A DNA stretch of 64,000 nt from Octopus bimaculoides (taxonomy: Eukaryota): positions 61,268,537 through 61,332,536 of the forward strand of contig NC_068981.1 in the NCBI RefSeq assembly GCF_001194135.2, in the 5' to 3' direction. The stretch's first letter is position 1, and every line of letters begins with the position of its first letter. The notes beneath the pieces are model-generated. The model did no database searches, had not been told where the DNA came from, and saw nothing but the letters and a program-made list of their open reading frames with translations. Of this stretch, positions 26,758 to 40,437 are shown in pieces. A program made the translations under genes and the position numbers.

Positions 26758-29344
26758 TAGCTACGTGGAACACATGAAGCTACTTAAAAGGACTTTTTTC
26801 ATGAAAGAAATTACTACACATTACATGATTTTCTGTTTTGATAATGTAGTGAAAGGAGGTATTAATACCTTTTAACATAATGCTGCTTAACTTATTTATT
26901 TCGCGACGAGAGGAAAAAAAATTGAAATTAAATTTGATATCATTCCTCATTTACCAATTGAAAGCAATAATCAAAGCGTCTTAGAAATACGCACATGATC
27001 CTGTTGTAAACCTCGTATGAAATGAATGAAGTAGTCTATATTAAAAGCCACCTGATTTAATGTACAATAACAGGAAATAGAATTTTACATACAACTTACA
27101 TATTATAAGGCATGCAATTACGTAGCGTTATGAAATGCAGTACACACGCGGACAGCCTCTTCCCTAACATCTATAACAAAATGGTATAATTTTATTCAGA
27201 AATGCTATCCAATATCTTCGAAAGTATCATGCTACAAACCGGCTTTTAGAATTCAAAGTTACATCATAATATTGCTGTCGGGACAAGATTTAAGATTTTC
27301 AAAAATTTGTATATGCAAATTATGCTATTTGTATTTGTTATTAGGAAAAGAATAGTTTTAATATTTTCTAATAGGAGGGAAAACCAGTATTATCTTCTTA
27401 AAACTGAAGTTGAACATCTCATGAATAAATAAAATTATGCAAAAGAGAACATTCTGAATTCTGAATCAATCAGAAATAAATTTTATCATTTGTATGTTCA
27501 TTGAATTTTGATTCTACAAAGTGAATAACATTTCAAAGTTCAGTGAGAAGCTAATGGAAATTTACAAAATATCCCCGGTCAGAGATAGATGAGAACCATT
27601 TGGATAGGATCCGAAATCAATTTACAGTTGAAACAAAGCTTAGAAAACATCTGCCATTAAAAGATCAGGCTTAATATGCAGAAGTTTCAAGTTATTCAGC
27701 AGTAAGGCTTCAATTTCCTAAGAAAACATTAAACGTATTTTGGATTGACATTCATGCTGAAATTCCAATATTTTTCCACTTAAAACTTGAAACTTTTTGT
27801 CGCAACGTATTTGTGCGATTCAGTATTTTACTTGTTAAGCGGAATTAAAACGAACGAAATTCGTCTATTGGAAGTGCCTTGAAGCCAGTATTTAAAATAT
27901 TAAAATATAAAGTCTCTTTCGCAAAAGAAGCAAGCGTATTCTAATATTTAAAACTTGAAAAATGCAAGTTTTAATTCTTTTTAAAAACAAAATGCGTACA
28001 TTTTTGGTCTAACAGTAGAAAAGAATTTCCCAATTATTTTCTGTATGAATGTTAATCTTCAATTTACTTTGATTTTACTTCGAGAGAAAATTAGCTTACA
28101 ATATGTCACTTTTTCTACTTGTGAGAAAACAATTATTTTACTTATACTATATATTAAGAGTTTTATTTAAATTTAGCTTATTCAAAATGAATTACTTTAA
28201 TATTTATACATTTAAATTCTTGAGTGAAAATGAATACCATTATTATTTTAAAACTTTAAACTTACTTTTGCTAAATACACTTGAATAATCTTCTTTCATT
28301 CATCATGGCATATTTAAGGAATGAAAAAGTAATGCACTTTATTTCACTATATAAAAAGTATTTGATACGAATTTAAAAGGTAGTAATATTTACCTGGCGC
28401 GTTCGAGTAAACAATTACAAGAAAATGAGAAATGTATTACAATGTGCATATATATCTATGCATACATACATACATGCATACACACTCTCATACACACACA
28501 CACATACGATACAAATATATCTATATACATTCAACGGCGTTGGAGAGTATACAGATGAAAGCTTTAGTTGAGAAAATGTTAGCTGATATGGAGGAGGGGA
28601 AACCTTATCAAAATTGTAAAAGATTTCTAAAAGTGTTGCCTGTATCACGATGAGTCACCCCTGATATCAAAATCCAGATAATATGATTGCTGTTCACTGC
28701 TCTGCGAACACTGTAAATGTTGTAAGATTGAAAGCTCCTGCGGAGACAACGCAGTCGTGGCCAACAGGGAGCATGGTCTCTAGTATGTCTCCAGTGAGGA
28801 TAACATCATGCGCCTACGTCTTCAAACAGTGACTTAGTCTCAATGTATACTGATATGTGCACCTGCTAGGTGTGTTTAAACCATTGCTGTTGTAATGCCA
28901 TATGTATGGCAGCATGATTCATCTCCTAGCTATACCTCCGGAATAACAGTTATTGGAGGTTGTCGAGAAAGTTAGTTCTAACATCTCTATTAGAGATGAT
29001 CGAAGTAGTTGTACAAGCAAGTAGTGTTCTTAGCCACTTCAATATGGCTGTTCCGTTTGAGCAGAATTTAATCCCAAGCGGAAATCTATATAAATAAGTA
29101 GATAGACAGATAGATAGTTACATGCATACATATGCATATACATATTTATATGTGTATGTCTGTGTATATATATATGTATGTCTCTGTGTTGTATATTTCT
29201 GTCTGTGCTTGCGTATACATGTATTCAGTATCATACTGGGCATGTAAGGTATTTGAGGACATACATTTTGAGGTTATTACTGCATTTTTGCGAAATCTGT
29301 ATAATCTTTGTTTCAAAAAATAATAATGGCAGAATCCTAAGCTT

Positions 29345-29660
29345 ATTCAAGAAATGAAGAAGCATGCTGTTATTGTGGTTATAAAGGCTGAGCATAGCGA
29401 TATAGAAATATGTCGATTTTTAAAAGTTGTCAGATCTCTCCTCTGCAAAGTTTGTAAGCTGCTAGAGAATGAAGATGGAAACGTATCACCAGTATCAAAG
29501 CATAAAAAGCATTGTAAACGCTCTGAAATAATCCGAACACCTGAATTTATCTAGCAAGTTCAACAGATCATTGATTAGAATATCAGATAGTCCATGAGGT
29601 CAATTGCAAAACATCTCCATGTATCAGATAGAACAGTCAAAAATATTGACTACGAAGTGA
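29345..29660 (+). mobile_element. Tc1/mariner-superfamily transposase N-terminal (HTH) fragment
   Basis: MKKHAVIVVIKAEHSDIEICRFLKVVRS..IRTPEFI.QVQQII..SMRSIAKHLHVSDRTV, a paired-like HTH plus second HTH. It ends where the adjacent Penelope fragment begins. Confidence 0.65.
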
Positions 29661-29699
29661 TGTGACAGCTGTAATTGTCAGGACGTCACTACCACTATC

Positions 29700-30839
29700 C
29701 ATTGAGGGAACAGATGTAAAACAGGTTTTAAACAAAATGGGATATTAGTCCTTGATTTATCCTAAAAAATTATAATTTTATATTTAACAACGAATACTTC
29801 CGACAAAAATCAGGAACTGCAATGGAAACACGGACTGTGCCTACTTTTGCGAACCTGGTAACGGGCTATCTCGAGATTAAACTATACCAGAGAACACTCA
29901 AGAAATATGGAAGCTCCTTTTCTACATACATACAAAACAGCTGGTAAAGATATCTGGATGACTGTTTCATCCTCTGGAATAAAAGTATAGAAAAGCTCAA
30001 CGAATTCCAAACACTTCTAAATGGAATAAACGAAAACCTCCAATTTACGATGGAATACAACAATCAACAACTACTGTTTTTATATATCCTCATAAAGAAA
30101 GTCCGAAACAAGATAGAGACAGACATTTATTATAAACCCACTGACTCGAAACAGTGCCCACCATTTGATTCTTGCCACCCGAGACACACCAGGACTAACA
30201 TCCCATTTTGTTTAGCCAAAAGAATACATGTCCACACACAACCCACACAACAATGAGGCCTTCAACAACATACTCCACAGCAGAGCTCTACTCAAGAAAG
30301 ACCCAAAAATGAACCAAATCCTCAAAACACATACAATCATCAAAAGTAAGAGGTAACCAAAATCAATGAAAAAAATTTTAACCCAGGCCAAATTACACTC
30401 AACAATAACCACTAAACCTACAGTAAAAAAATGCAGGAGACCCAACTGTGGGATTTGTGTCAACGTAATGGAAGGATCAGAACATCGATTAGAACAAGGC
30501 CATAATTTCACAGTAAAAACTAATTTTACATGTGCATCGGAGAACTTGATCTACCTAATTACATTCTCTGGATACAAACGGCAATATATTAGACACACTA
30601 AAAACAGCCTACGTCAGAGGATGGCGGTACACAGATCCCAAATTAGGATCCCAGGAAACAGGAAAATACCTCTCAGCCAGCACATCGACGAATGTGCTTA
30701 CAACAAATTTCCCAAATTCACAACGTTTCCTCTATACAAATTCAAAGAAAATGCTAGCCAAAATGAACGCATCAGCAAAGACATATTTTTTATAAGAAAA
30801 TACCAACCAAGTCTAAATTCTCTAAACAAGCAACACTGA
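29700..30839 (+). mobile_element. Penelope-like element fragment (RT C-half plus GIY-YIG endonuclease)
   Basis: YFRQKSGTAM, RYLDDCF, LQFTME, TDIYYKPTD..SCHP, then CRRPNCGIC, FTCASENLIYLI..QYI..TKNSLRQRMAVHRSQIR. Confidence 0.9.
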
Positions 30840-31381
30840 GACTTTCATATATATTTTAATATTTTTATACGTAGATTTGCAAGTTATTCATAAGAAATAA
30901 ACAAAGGATCGAAGAACCCGATTTCTATTAAAACCATAGGGCGAACAACTTCACCACCACGACTACCACCACCACTACTACTACTACTATTGTTATTATC
31001 ATGACTGCTGCTAGTTATTCGACAGCTACGACCACTCCTAGAATCCCTCCCTGACCACCATTGAATTTACTAAAACAGATAGAAGTAATCTACTAAAAGA
31101 ACAAATTGGAATTACCATGTTCAAGGAAAGGATCACGTGCGCATGCAAGAAATAACAGTAAACTATGAATGTCGTTCTTAATTTTAATTTCAATTTTATT
31201 TTATTAATAGCCCTTTTCTCTTCTCACATATTTTATATTCATTTTTGCTAAGGTTTTTCAAAATAAAACGAAACATGTAAATTAATTTGAAATACCCCAA
31301 AAATGTTTAAAAAAAGTGATATTTTCATTTTTATTCATTTTCAATATCTACTTACTCGTGTAGTACTTTTACAAATCTCTT

Positions 31382-31463
<82 letters not shown>

Positions 31464-31684
31464 CGTGCGTGTATGTGTGTGTGTATGTTTATGTATGTAT
31501 GTGTGTGTGTGCGGGTGTATATATATATGTATATATATAATAGCATATAATATTATAGTTGTCTCAATATCTGCTACCTGACTTCCTATTATAGTGAATA
31601 TTTACCGCGAATCTGACCTAAAGACATTGGCGTCTAAGTTCGAATCATTTGAGTGCTAACTATTGTCTATAGCGATAAACTCTG

Positions 31685-31740
<56 letters not shown>

Positions 31741-31949
31741 AATCCATCTGTCTGTTTGTCTTTCTCTCTCTTTCTCTGTGTGTTTGTGTGTCTGTGTATG
31801 TCTGTGTGTCTATCTGTCTCTGTATGTATATAAAATATCGAAGTTTTTTTTCACAGATGATCTAAGTGCTCTAATTTTTGATACTAGAAGCGACAGCATT
31901 AATAAAAGTAATATGACGATCGATTCACCTAATACCACCCTAGCCACTA

Positions 31950-33410
31950 CCAACACTACCTCATCCCTCTCTCCAATTAACCATCATACAACTGATAACT
32001 GCAACTACAGGTCCGAGACAGACTGTCTGTTTCAAGCCCAATGCAGAACATTCAAATTCGTATAGCAATGCACCGTTCACTAATTAGTAAATAACTACTA
32101 TAGCTACTACAATGGACCTACCACATATTTTAAACAAAGACACTATGCACATTTAAACTCGGTTAAATATAAAGAGAATAGAAACTTCATATCACTAGAC
32201 AGCCATGTACACCATCTAATTAAGAGGAAATATAATATAAACTTTCCTGGTCTATAGTAGATCCGTGTATCCCGTATCAAGGCCGACACACTATTATTGG
32301 ACTCTGCTTAAAAGAAGTCCTCAAAATTTTAACCCATAACTCACCACAATCGCTTAATAAACACAACGAAGCCTTCACTCCCTGGAAGCACAAATACTTC
32401 CGCACTTTTATCTTCTTCCTTAAATCTAAATGTTAGTTAACTCCCCACGAATTGCACCCATATAAAAAAAAACCTATGATCATTAATGCATACCCCTCTA
32501 TATCTCTTCTATCTCTCCTATATCTCTATATCTCTTATATCTATCTTATTTCTTATATCTCTTCTATCTACCTTATTTCATCACTTTATGAGACAAAGAT
32601 TATTTCTTTAATTTATCCTTAATTTCTTTTTAAACTTTAACCCAATAGATCACCTAATATTTAATTCTAACTCCCACTCATAAATAATTTAACATTCACC
32701 CATAACCCCATTTCTAAAAATAACTCTACAGCCACTGACCTTATCCAGAACGGACACAAGCACTTACAACTAGATTTCCTCCACAACACCTATAGACTAG
32801 AAGAATACCACCGACAAGGACTACACTCTTTAAATTCCTTTCCTTTTACTCTATTTTCTCTTCTTCTCTATCTTCTTACCTACCCCTGTGCACCATATCC
32901 TTAGACACTATATGATTATATACCTTACCTTATCCTAAAGCTAATGCTTAACACCCCACCTCACTCTATCTACCTTTCTTTCTATTTATTTACTTTTCTT
33001 TCCTGTTACCACATAATAGCCACCGCCGCTACCATTCTGTTACTTAACATTGATATGTTCGCGCCGTTTTTCTAGATGTTTACAATGACAGGATTTTAGA
33101 CCACATGGATCTACGCAGGATCGCGCCTAAGAATTTATGCACTTATTTCTACAACATCGGAAAGTTGAACTGTGAACTTTTATGCTTCTTTTTTCTTCTC
33201 TATCTTCATCTTCTTATTTCTTTACTCTTTTACTCTATGTCGTCATTTCATTAATATATATTCTTCTCATTTTCCCTATCTGTCTCTGATAACCGAATAT
33301 TCCATACTCTGGGATATCCCACAAACAGCTGTAAGATGTTCTATCCTTTCCAATAATAAAAATGTATATGACTTCAGATGATTGTCTTACTTTAACGTTT
33401 GTTGTCCTCT
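31950..33410 (+). mobile_element. Penelope-like element 3' part (decayed GIY-YIG, pyrimidine-rich UTR, pLTR-like end with hammerhead remnant)
   Basis: CNYR..DCLFQAQCRT, FKQRHYAHLNS.KYK, GLCLKE.LKIL..LNKHNEAF. Hammerhead-like fold at 33283-33336. Confidence 0.7.
33283..33336 (+). ncRNA. Degenerate minimal type I hammerhead ribozyme
   Basis: TCT-CTGATAA-[GAATATTCC..GGGATATCC stem]-CAAA-CAGCTG-TA-AGA: palindromic helix III (ACAGCTGT) and a GUA site. The core carries G8A and G12C changes. Confidence 0.55.
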
Positions 33411-34104
33411 TTAACATTTATATATCTGTATGTATGTATATATACTAATGAATTCAAGCTTGAAATATTTACATGCCTTTCCAGGAAGTAATTAATCAAT
33501 GTCTCACAAATTATAGCTACATCTCTTCAAATTACGCCCTGCATCGACAAAAGCATCTTTCATTTGCAAGATATGTACTTCACAACATTAATTCTAAAAT
33601 CATGAGTAATCGGTTTGGAAATTTCAGATAAATCTGTCATATACATACATGATAAAGTAGAAGAGCTATTCTGATACAGATATAAAATAAGTTTATTTTA
33701 ACACATCGAAACACACGTCGGGAATGATTTATTAATTGTCGAATATATCTAATGTGATAGGGGGGAAAAAGAAAAGAAAACTGTAAGTAATAGAATTTAC
33801 AATGGTATATTCTCTAAATTGAACAATTTATACAGCGACAAATTTACATGGAATGCAGAAGATAAGAAAAAATGAAAATTATATTATCCCTACTATTGTT
33901 GCAAAAATACACGTTGCTTTGTAATAGTTCTTCAAAAAATTCAGTTGGGCATATATGGATATTATATATATATATATCTCATGTGACAGGAGGGAAAAGA
34001 AAAAAAAGTGTGAGTAATAAAATTTACAATGGTATATTCTCTAAATTGAACAATTTATACAGCGACGGCCGGAGAGGTGTGCAGTAATATAAATCTGTAA
34101 GTTC

Positions 34105-34410
34105 CTAGAAATAATTGTGCCCAATTTTGGCATTGAAAGCTACACCAGTGCCAGAATGGGACGACACTGCATAATGCCAAAGATCCCAGCAATGCCATCG
34201 CGATTCAGGGCTACTAACTGCAACAGCCTAGGTTTGAGGGGTCCACAGCTATCTCATATTTTCCCAAAGAGCCTGAGCAATCTTCACAAAGTAGTTGTAG
34301 GCGTTTTTAAATCAAGATTGGCTTTCTTCCTGCTGAGAGTCCCAGATAAACCTACGTCACGGCAAGAGGGGCAAAAGAGGATAGCTACATCAAACTCATG
34401 GCAATAGCTA
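34105..34410 (+). mobile_element. CR1-group LINE 3' end fragment
   Basis: PNFGIESYTSARMGRHC..P..NSLGLRGPQL..IFPKSL.NLH..VGVFKS.L..FL.RVPD.P, a typical ORF2 C-terminus. Confidence 0.7.
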
Positions 34411-34451
34411 TGAACTGAAACTACAAAAACTATGTATATATATATATATAT

Positions 34452-35374
34452 NNNNNNNNNNNNNNNNNNNNNNNNNNNNNNNNNNNNNNNNNNNNNNNNN
34501 NNNNNNNNNNNNNNNNNNNNNNNNNNNNNNNNNNNNNNNNNNNNNNNNNNNNNNNNNNNNNNNNNNNNNNNNNNNNNNNNNNNNNNNNNNNNNNNNNNNN
34601 NNNNNNNNNNNNNNNNNNNNNNNNNNNNNNNNNNNNNNNNNNNNNNNNNNNNNNNNNNNNNNNNNNNNNNNNNNNNNNNNNNNNNNNNNNNNNNNNNNNN
34701 NNNNNNNNNNNNNNNNNNNNNNNNNNNNNNNNNNNNNNNNNNNNNNNNNNNNNNNNNNNNNNNNNNNNNNNNNNNNNNNNNNNNNNNNNNNNNNNNNNNN
34801 NNNNNNNNNNNNNNNNNNNNNNNNNNNNNNNNNNNNNNNNNNNNNNNNNNNNNNNNNNNNNNNNNNNNNNNNNNNNNNNNNNNNNNNNNNNNNNNNNNNN
34901 NNNNNNNNNNNNNNNNNNNNNNNNNNNNNNNNNNNNNNNNNNNNNNNNNNNNNNNNNNNNNNNNNNNNNNNNNNNNNNNNNNNNNNNNNNNNNNNNNNNN
35001 NNNNNNNNNNNNNNNNNNNNNNNNNNNNNNNNNNNNNNNNNNNNNNNNNNNNNNNNNNNNNNNNNNNNNNNNNNNNNNNNNNNNNNNNNNNNNNNNNNNN
35101 NNNNNNNNNNNNNNNNNNNNNNNNNNNNNNNNNNNNNNNNNNNNNNNNNNNNNNNNNNNNNNNNNNNNNNNNNNNNNNNNNNNNNNNNNNNNNNNNNNNN
35201 NNNNNNNNNNNNNNNNNNNNNNNNNNNNNNNNNNNNNNNNNNNNNNNNNNNNNNNNNNNNNNNNNNNNNNNNNNNNNNNNNNNNNNNNNNNNNNNNNNNN
35301 NNNNNNNNNNNNNNNNNNNNNNNNNNNNNNNNNNNNNNNNNNNNNNNNNNNNNNNNNNNNNNNNNNNNNNNNNN
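34452..35374. other. Assembly gap (largest of 10 N-runs)
   Basis: Other gaps: 4968-5098, 10298-10657, 11556-11573, 13258-13267, 43123-43852, 50597-50725, 51774-52439, 55856-56326, 62917-63385. Confidence 0.99.
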
Positions 35375-35520
35375 TTACGAAAAAAAAACAACAGACGAGG
35401 ACAGGTGGTGTAAACAACAAATGGATGTATTTAACGCTCGGGAATCGAGGAAGTCTTTAACGTTTCGAGCTACGTTCTTCAACTGAAAGGAACGCAGAAA
35501 GAAATAAGGAGAAAAACAAG
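35375..35520 (-). mobile_element. Short hammerhead-bearing repeat, diverged relative of 45178-45352
   Basis: Shares ACAACAGACGAGGACAGGTGGTGTAAA..ACGCTCGGGAAT..AAGTCTTT.ACGTTTCGAGCTACG.TCTTCAAC with the two other copies. Confidence 0.8.
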
Positions 35521-35816
35521 GTGAAAAAATGTAAATGTAGTGGTCTGCGATCTATCATAGCGAATGCCGGACAGAAAGTTCACACAGGAGAGCTAAGAAA
35601 AAAGGGAGATAACAAAGGCGAAAGAAGTGGCGAACCCAAATACGAGAAGCTGGGTGTGTGTGAGAGAGAATGCTGGTGATCTTAACGTATGTATGTGTGT
35701 ATGTGTGTATGTGGGGAAGGGAGAAGGGAGCTGGTCAGTGCTAGTGTGTGCGTGGTGGTGTTGTGAAGTGATGTGTTGTGTGGTATGGTGTAACGTGGTG
35801 TGATGTGAGAGTCTTG

Positions 35817-35945
35817 GGAGATGGGAGGTGGGAGGTTGGAGTTGGGAGGTGGGAGTTGGGAGTTGGGAGGTAGGAGTTGGGAGGTGGGAGTTGGGAGGTG
35901 GGAGTTGGGAGGTGGGAGTTGGGAGGTGGGAGTTGGGAGGTGGGG
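35817..35945 (+). repeat. G-rich heptamer minisatellite GGGAG(G/T)T, about 18 units
   Basis: Read directly; lies within a ~800-bp purine-rich tract (35590-36385). Confidence 0.9.
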
Positions 35946-36393
35946 AAGGCGAAGGCGGGGGAGGCGAGAGTGGGGAAAGCATGGGTGGAGTGTGGGTTAG
36001 GCTGAGTGTGGGGGTAGAGAAAGGGGTATGTAGGTTGGCAGAGGTTGGGGTGGGTATAATGGATTGGATGGGGTGGGATGGGAAGGTAGAGTAGGAGTGT
36101 GTTGGGGTGGGATGAGCTTATGAGGGAGGGTTGACGATGAAGGGGAAGGGGTAGGTGGATATAAGAGGGGGAAGGTAGGTATGGGAGGAGGGAGAAAGTC
36201 AGGAGAAAGAGAGGAAGAGAGTAAGAAAGAAGAGAGTGAGACAGAGAGTGAGTAAGAGAGAAGAGAGTGAGACAGAGAGAGAGAGTAAGAGAGAAGAGAG
36301 GAAGAGTAGGGGTGAAGAGAAGTACAGAGAAGTAGGATCGGAGCAGGAGAGGAGAGGTGGGTGGTAGGAAGTAGGAGGGAGAGCGTATGTATG

Positions 36394-36424
<31 letters not shown>

Positions 36425-36844
36425 GTATGTATTATATATGTATGCATGTATGTATGTATGCATGTGTGTAGATTTGTATGTTTTGTTTTTATATGTATTC
36501 ACATGTATATAGTCACATGTCTAGACATGCTCATATATACTTAAATGATACATTTCCGGAAACTTTTACAGGTTTTTATAGTTCCACTTATGGCCTGTAT
36601 CTTTAGAATTCGAATCAGCTTTCTAATTTCTGGTTTTCAGATGCCTGCTTTCTCAAGATTGGTATTTAGGCAGTGTATAAGATATGGTAGTGCACCAATA
36701 ATTGCAGGTATAAACTCAAACTTGTGATCTGTAGCTGTAGATTACTCAATAGGTCACAGTAAATATTATCGTTTTCGCTCATCTTTAGCTACAAGTTAAC
36801 ATCTGCAGGACAGTTAAATTCCACAATTGTATATGTATACATAC

Positions 36845-37890
36845 ATGCATATATGGGAACAGGACATCAAAAAAACGTTAAACGCATTGAGGAACGAAAA
36901 CATAAAAACGAAAACAGAAAACGAACTTTTTTCGAAAAAGAAAAAAACAAACAGAGAAACGAGACATGGAACATAAAGAGTATACCCCTTCGTCAGTTGT
37001 CCCTATTCCATCTACTCCGCTTTTCGAAGGCAAGGACAATACGCGACTTCGTTGGAACAGTCCTACCCGCAAAGCAAATTAAATAAAATTTGGAACTTTT
37101 TGCGGAGGGTGAAAGTGTTAACAAGAACAGGACATTGAGAACAAGACGTTAAAAACAAAATAGTAAAAACAAATGGTGTGGGCTGTTGAGACAAGACGAT
37201 AGAAAAATTATTCTGAACGCTAGGTAGACGTGGAGAAGAGAGAGAAAAAACCCGTTTCTTCTTTAGGAAGGCAGTGGGCAGAAAAAGAGATCCCCTTTCG
37301 TCGTGTCAGCGACCAGAGAGTGAAGGCGGAAGAGTGAGAGAGAGAGAGAGAACAGTGAAAGGGAGAGAAAAATAGGGAAAAGTTGGGAGAGGAAACAGAA
37401 AGGATGAAGAACAAGAGAGGGAGAGAGATAGACAGAGAAGAGATAGACAGAGAAGAGATAGACAGAGAAGAGATAGACAGAGAAGAGATAGTAGAAGAGT
37501 GCGCATTGTAATTATTAAGATAAAACTTACTTGCAAAACAATGCGTGGCGTTCGATCATATAATAATACAAACAATATATAAATATATGCATTTATCCAT
37601 ATATATATATATATATATATATGTACATACCTACATCTATATTTATACATACATACATATATGTATACAGGGCATCACAAAAAGTTAAACACAATGAGAT
37701 ACGAAAACATTAAAACGTAAACAGAAAACGAGCTTCTTTTTTTTTTTTGAACAACGGAAAAACCAAACAGAGAAACGAGACATGCAACATAAAGAGTATA
37801 CCCCTTCGTCAGTTTTCCGCGTTTCATCTACTCCGCGTTCCGAAGGCAAGGACAATACGCGACTTCGTTGGAACAGTCCTTCCCGTAAAG
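36845..37890. repeat. Pair of ~230-bp diverged direct repeats (36845-37080 and 37670-37890) flanking a purine-rich spacer
   Basis: Both contain AAACAGAGAAACGAGACATG.AACATAAAGAGTATACCCCTTCGTCAGTT..CATCTACTCCGC..CGAAGGCAAGGACAATACGCGACTTCGTTGGAACAGTCCT.CCCG.AAAGCAAATT. Confidence 0.85.
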
Positions 37891-40382
37891 CAAATTTGTA
37901 TGTATGTATGTATGTAATTATGTATGTATGTATATATGTATGTATGTAATTATGTATGTATGTAAATATCTATATATGTAAATATCTATGTATGTATATG
38001 TATATGCATGTTAGTATGCATTTAAAGTCAAAGCAATAGGAGACAGAAATAAAGAAAACACATGTAATTCACATGTTCGGTTTATATGTTCAATGTGTAT
38101 GTGTCCGCGTGCACGTTTCTGTATGCAATTTAAGTTAAATTTTCTTCACTCGGATTATTAAGAGCTGAGCACTGTTTAACAAATGTTTAATTTATACGTC
38201 TTTATTCATAATTATGTGTAACTGTTGCATTCTTTTCAAAATTGTTCTATATTTTGACTTGCTGTTTATCTTTAACATATTCCCTAAATTCTATAAATGA
38301 TCTTTCGTTGTACTTTCTGTCTATTATACATTACACCATAGGTGCACATGGCTAATATGTTTCTGACACCCTCAATTGATATCAAGATCGTGTATAGTTA
38401 TTCTCTTTTCGGTATTGGTTATCGTATATCTTTGGATATGCCATGAATCTCTTTCGAGAAAATGACGGGAATAATGCGAATTTAGATTAATTCAACTATA
38501 TTAGAATCATTTCTGAATTTTCCATAATTCTTCTGGGAGTTAACTGGACCATTTATCATATTCAATTGTCAACTCTTAGATGAATTAGAGAAGTGCACAG
38601 TGTCTATATAAACGTGTATGAATAATATCCATGGATTACTCCAAAGAAATTAATTGTGACATTTTACATATAGTGTCGTACTATGATATCCTTTATTAGA
38701 TTTCCAATGCCAAGATCACCATAAATGAAAACCATCAGGATTTCTGAAACATTGAAGAAGATACAAAAGCAATTGGTCTCAATCACGGTAAAAACCTATC
38801 TGCTTTTCATTCTGAAACTGTATTGTACTACATCCTTAAGTAAATTCTTGTGTTTTCTATCAAAGCAGAAGTGACCGATGTATAGGTAAATGTGTATCTC
38901 TCCAATTTTGATTATACTCATAATCTTCTCTTCACAGCTTCTCGCATGTTGATGCACAAGTCATTTTAATATCCTTAACAATGCTGAAAAAATTACAGTT
39001 ACGATGGATGACGTCTGCTAATTTGTTTGAAGGATGTCACGGTACTCATGGTAGCCAACGACTCCAAGTAACTTTTATTCTATAATGCCTCGTGCGAAAA
39101 AAATCCTTACATGAAAGAGAGCAGAAAGGATTGCCTGTAACACGCTTTAAACCATCTGGACGTGGGTGAACTAATTGAGCGTCAGCAAGGGTTGCTTTCT
39201 GAAGGATAAATGTGAGCTCTTGTTTCAAGACACTCAAAACACAGACAACGGAAATTTGTATCAATGATTGACTTCGTGGTACACATACTATTTTTTACAA
39301 TAATAACATTCTTACTGTATGTAAACAATCCATGCATTACTTTTGTTATTAATCAACTTGTCATCACTATATTGCTAATTAGCAAACTGCTCCGGATGAT
39401 ATAGATTTGCAGTTTACATTCTATTACACGAAGAATACCATTCCATTTCTTTAAATTTATTGGCAAAGAAACATATCACGAAAAAGAATGTATCTTATCT
39501 AATGAAGGGGTGACAGACCTAGTATAACATTGTTAGATAAGACGGTTATCTCTTTCTGAGTCGTTTGCGTTGATGTTTTACCAAATATCTCAGCAAGTAA
39601 AGATCAATGGTTTTCAATTATGTTATGATGGAACAAAACTAGTCATTTAGATGATATTGTAGACCAGTACAGATCTACCTGTTATAGATAGAATTCGAAA
39701 CTATTAATACCGATTCCAATATAGATATTTAATAAAAATGTTAAGGGCTTTAATTCAATCAAAATTCTTCTTAATAAAATTTAGGTCTTTAAAAATTTTC
39801 TCAAAGTCGGTAAGTTACATGCACAAATGTATGGACAAAATATACTACATGTTTTGCTGAATATTGTTAAGAAAGTGTGTACTTATATAAGTACATGAAT
39901 ATTTATTCTCTGTGTGTTCCCGTATGAAAGTATTTGATACTTCATAATATTTTACGCAGGATATATAGAAATTTATTTTATGCATCACTATCGTATATGA
40001 AATATAATATCAGCAATTTCCCATGTATAAGGAAGTTTATGTGCTCCTGATATTAAACTAATAACATGTATATTTCTTGGTATAGATTCATATGTTTATA
40101 TATATACAAAGCAAATATTCAAGAGTGAATATTTATATAGATATTATTATTATTGCTTTTATTATCGCGGGCAATATAAACAATTGATAATACCAATAAT
40201 AATATAAATGGCTGCAGGCCAAAAGTAGCATTGTATAGCCATATATTTAAAATTCATATGATAAGGGCATTCCTGTGCCCTTATGATATGAATTGTATAT
40301 ACATACATACATACATACATACATACATACATACACGTATACATGCATTCATACATACATAAATACGTACATATATATGTAT

Positions 40383-40435
<53 letters not shown>

Positions 40436-40437
<2 letters not shown>

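Noticed and set aside
33749-34066. ~90-bp direct repeat (33749-33839 / 33978-34066)
   Set aside because: Simple local tandem duplication with no termini, TSD or coding signal.
35741-36502. 253-aa Pro/Leu/Ser-rich ORF
   Set aside because: Translation of a low-complexity purine tract and heptamer minisatellite.
38300-39300. Possible second PIF1-like helicase relic (YGDL and YTI..S..G echoes on the minus strand)
   Set aside because: Motifs are too short and degenerate to call.
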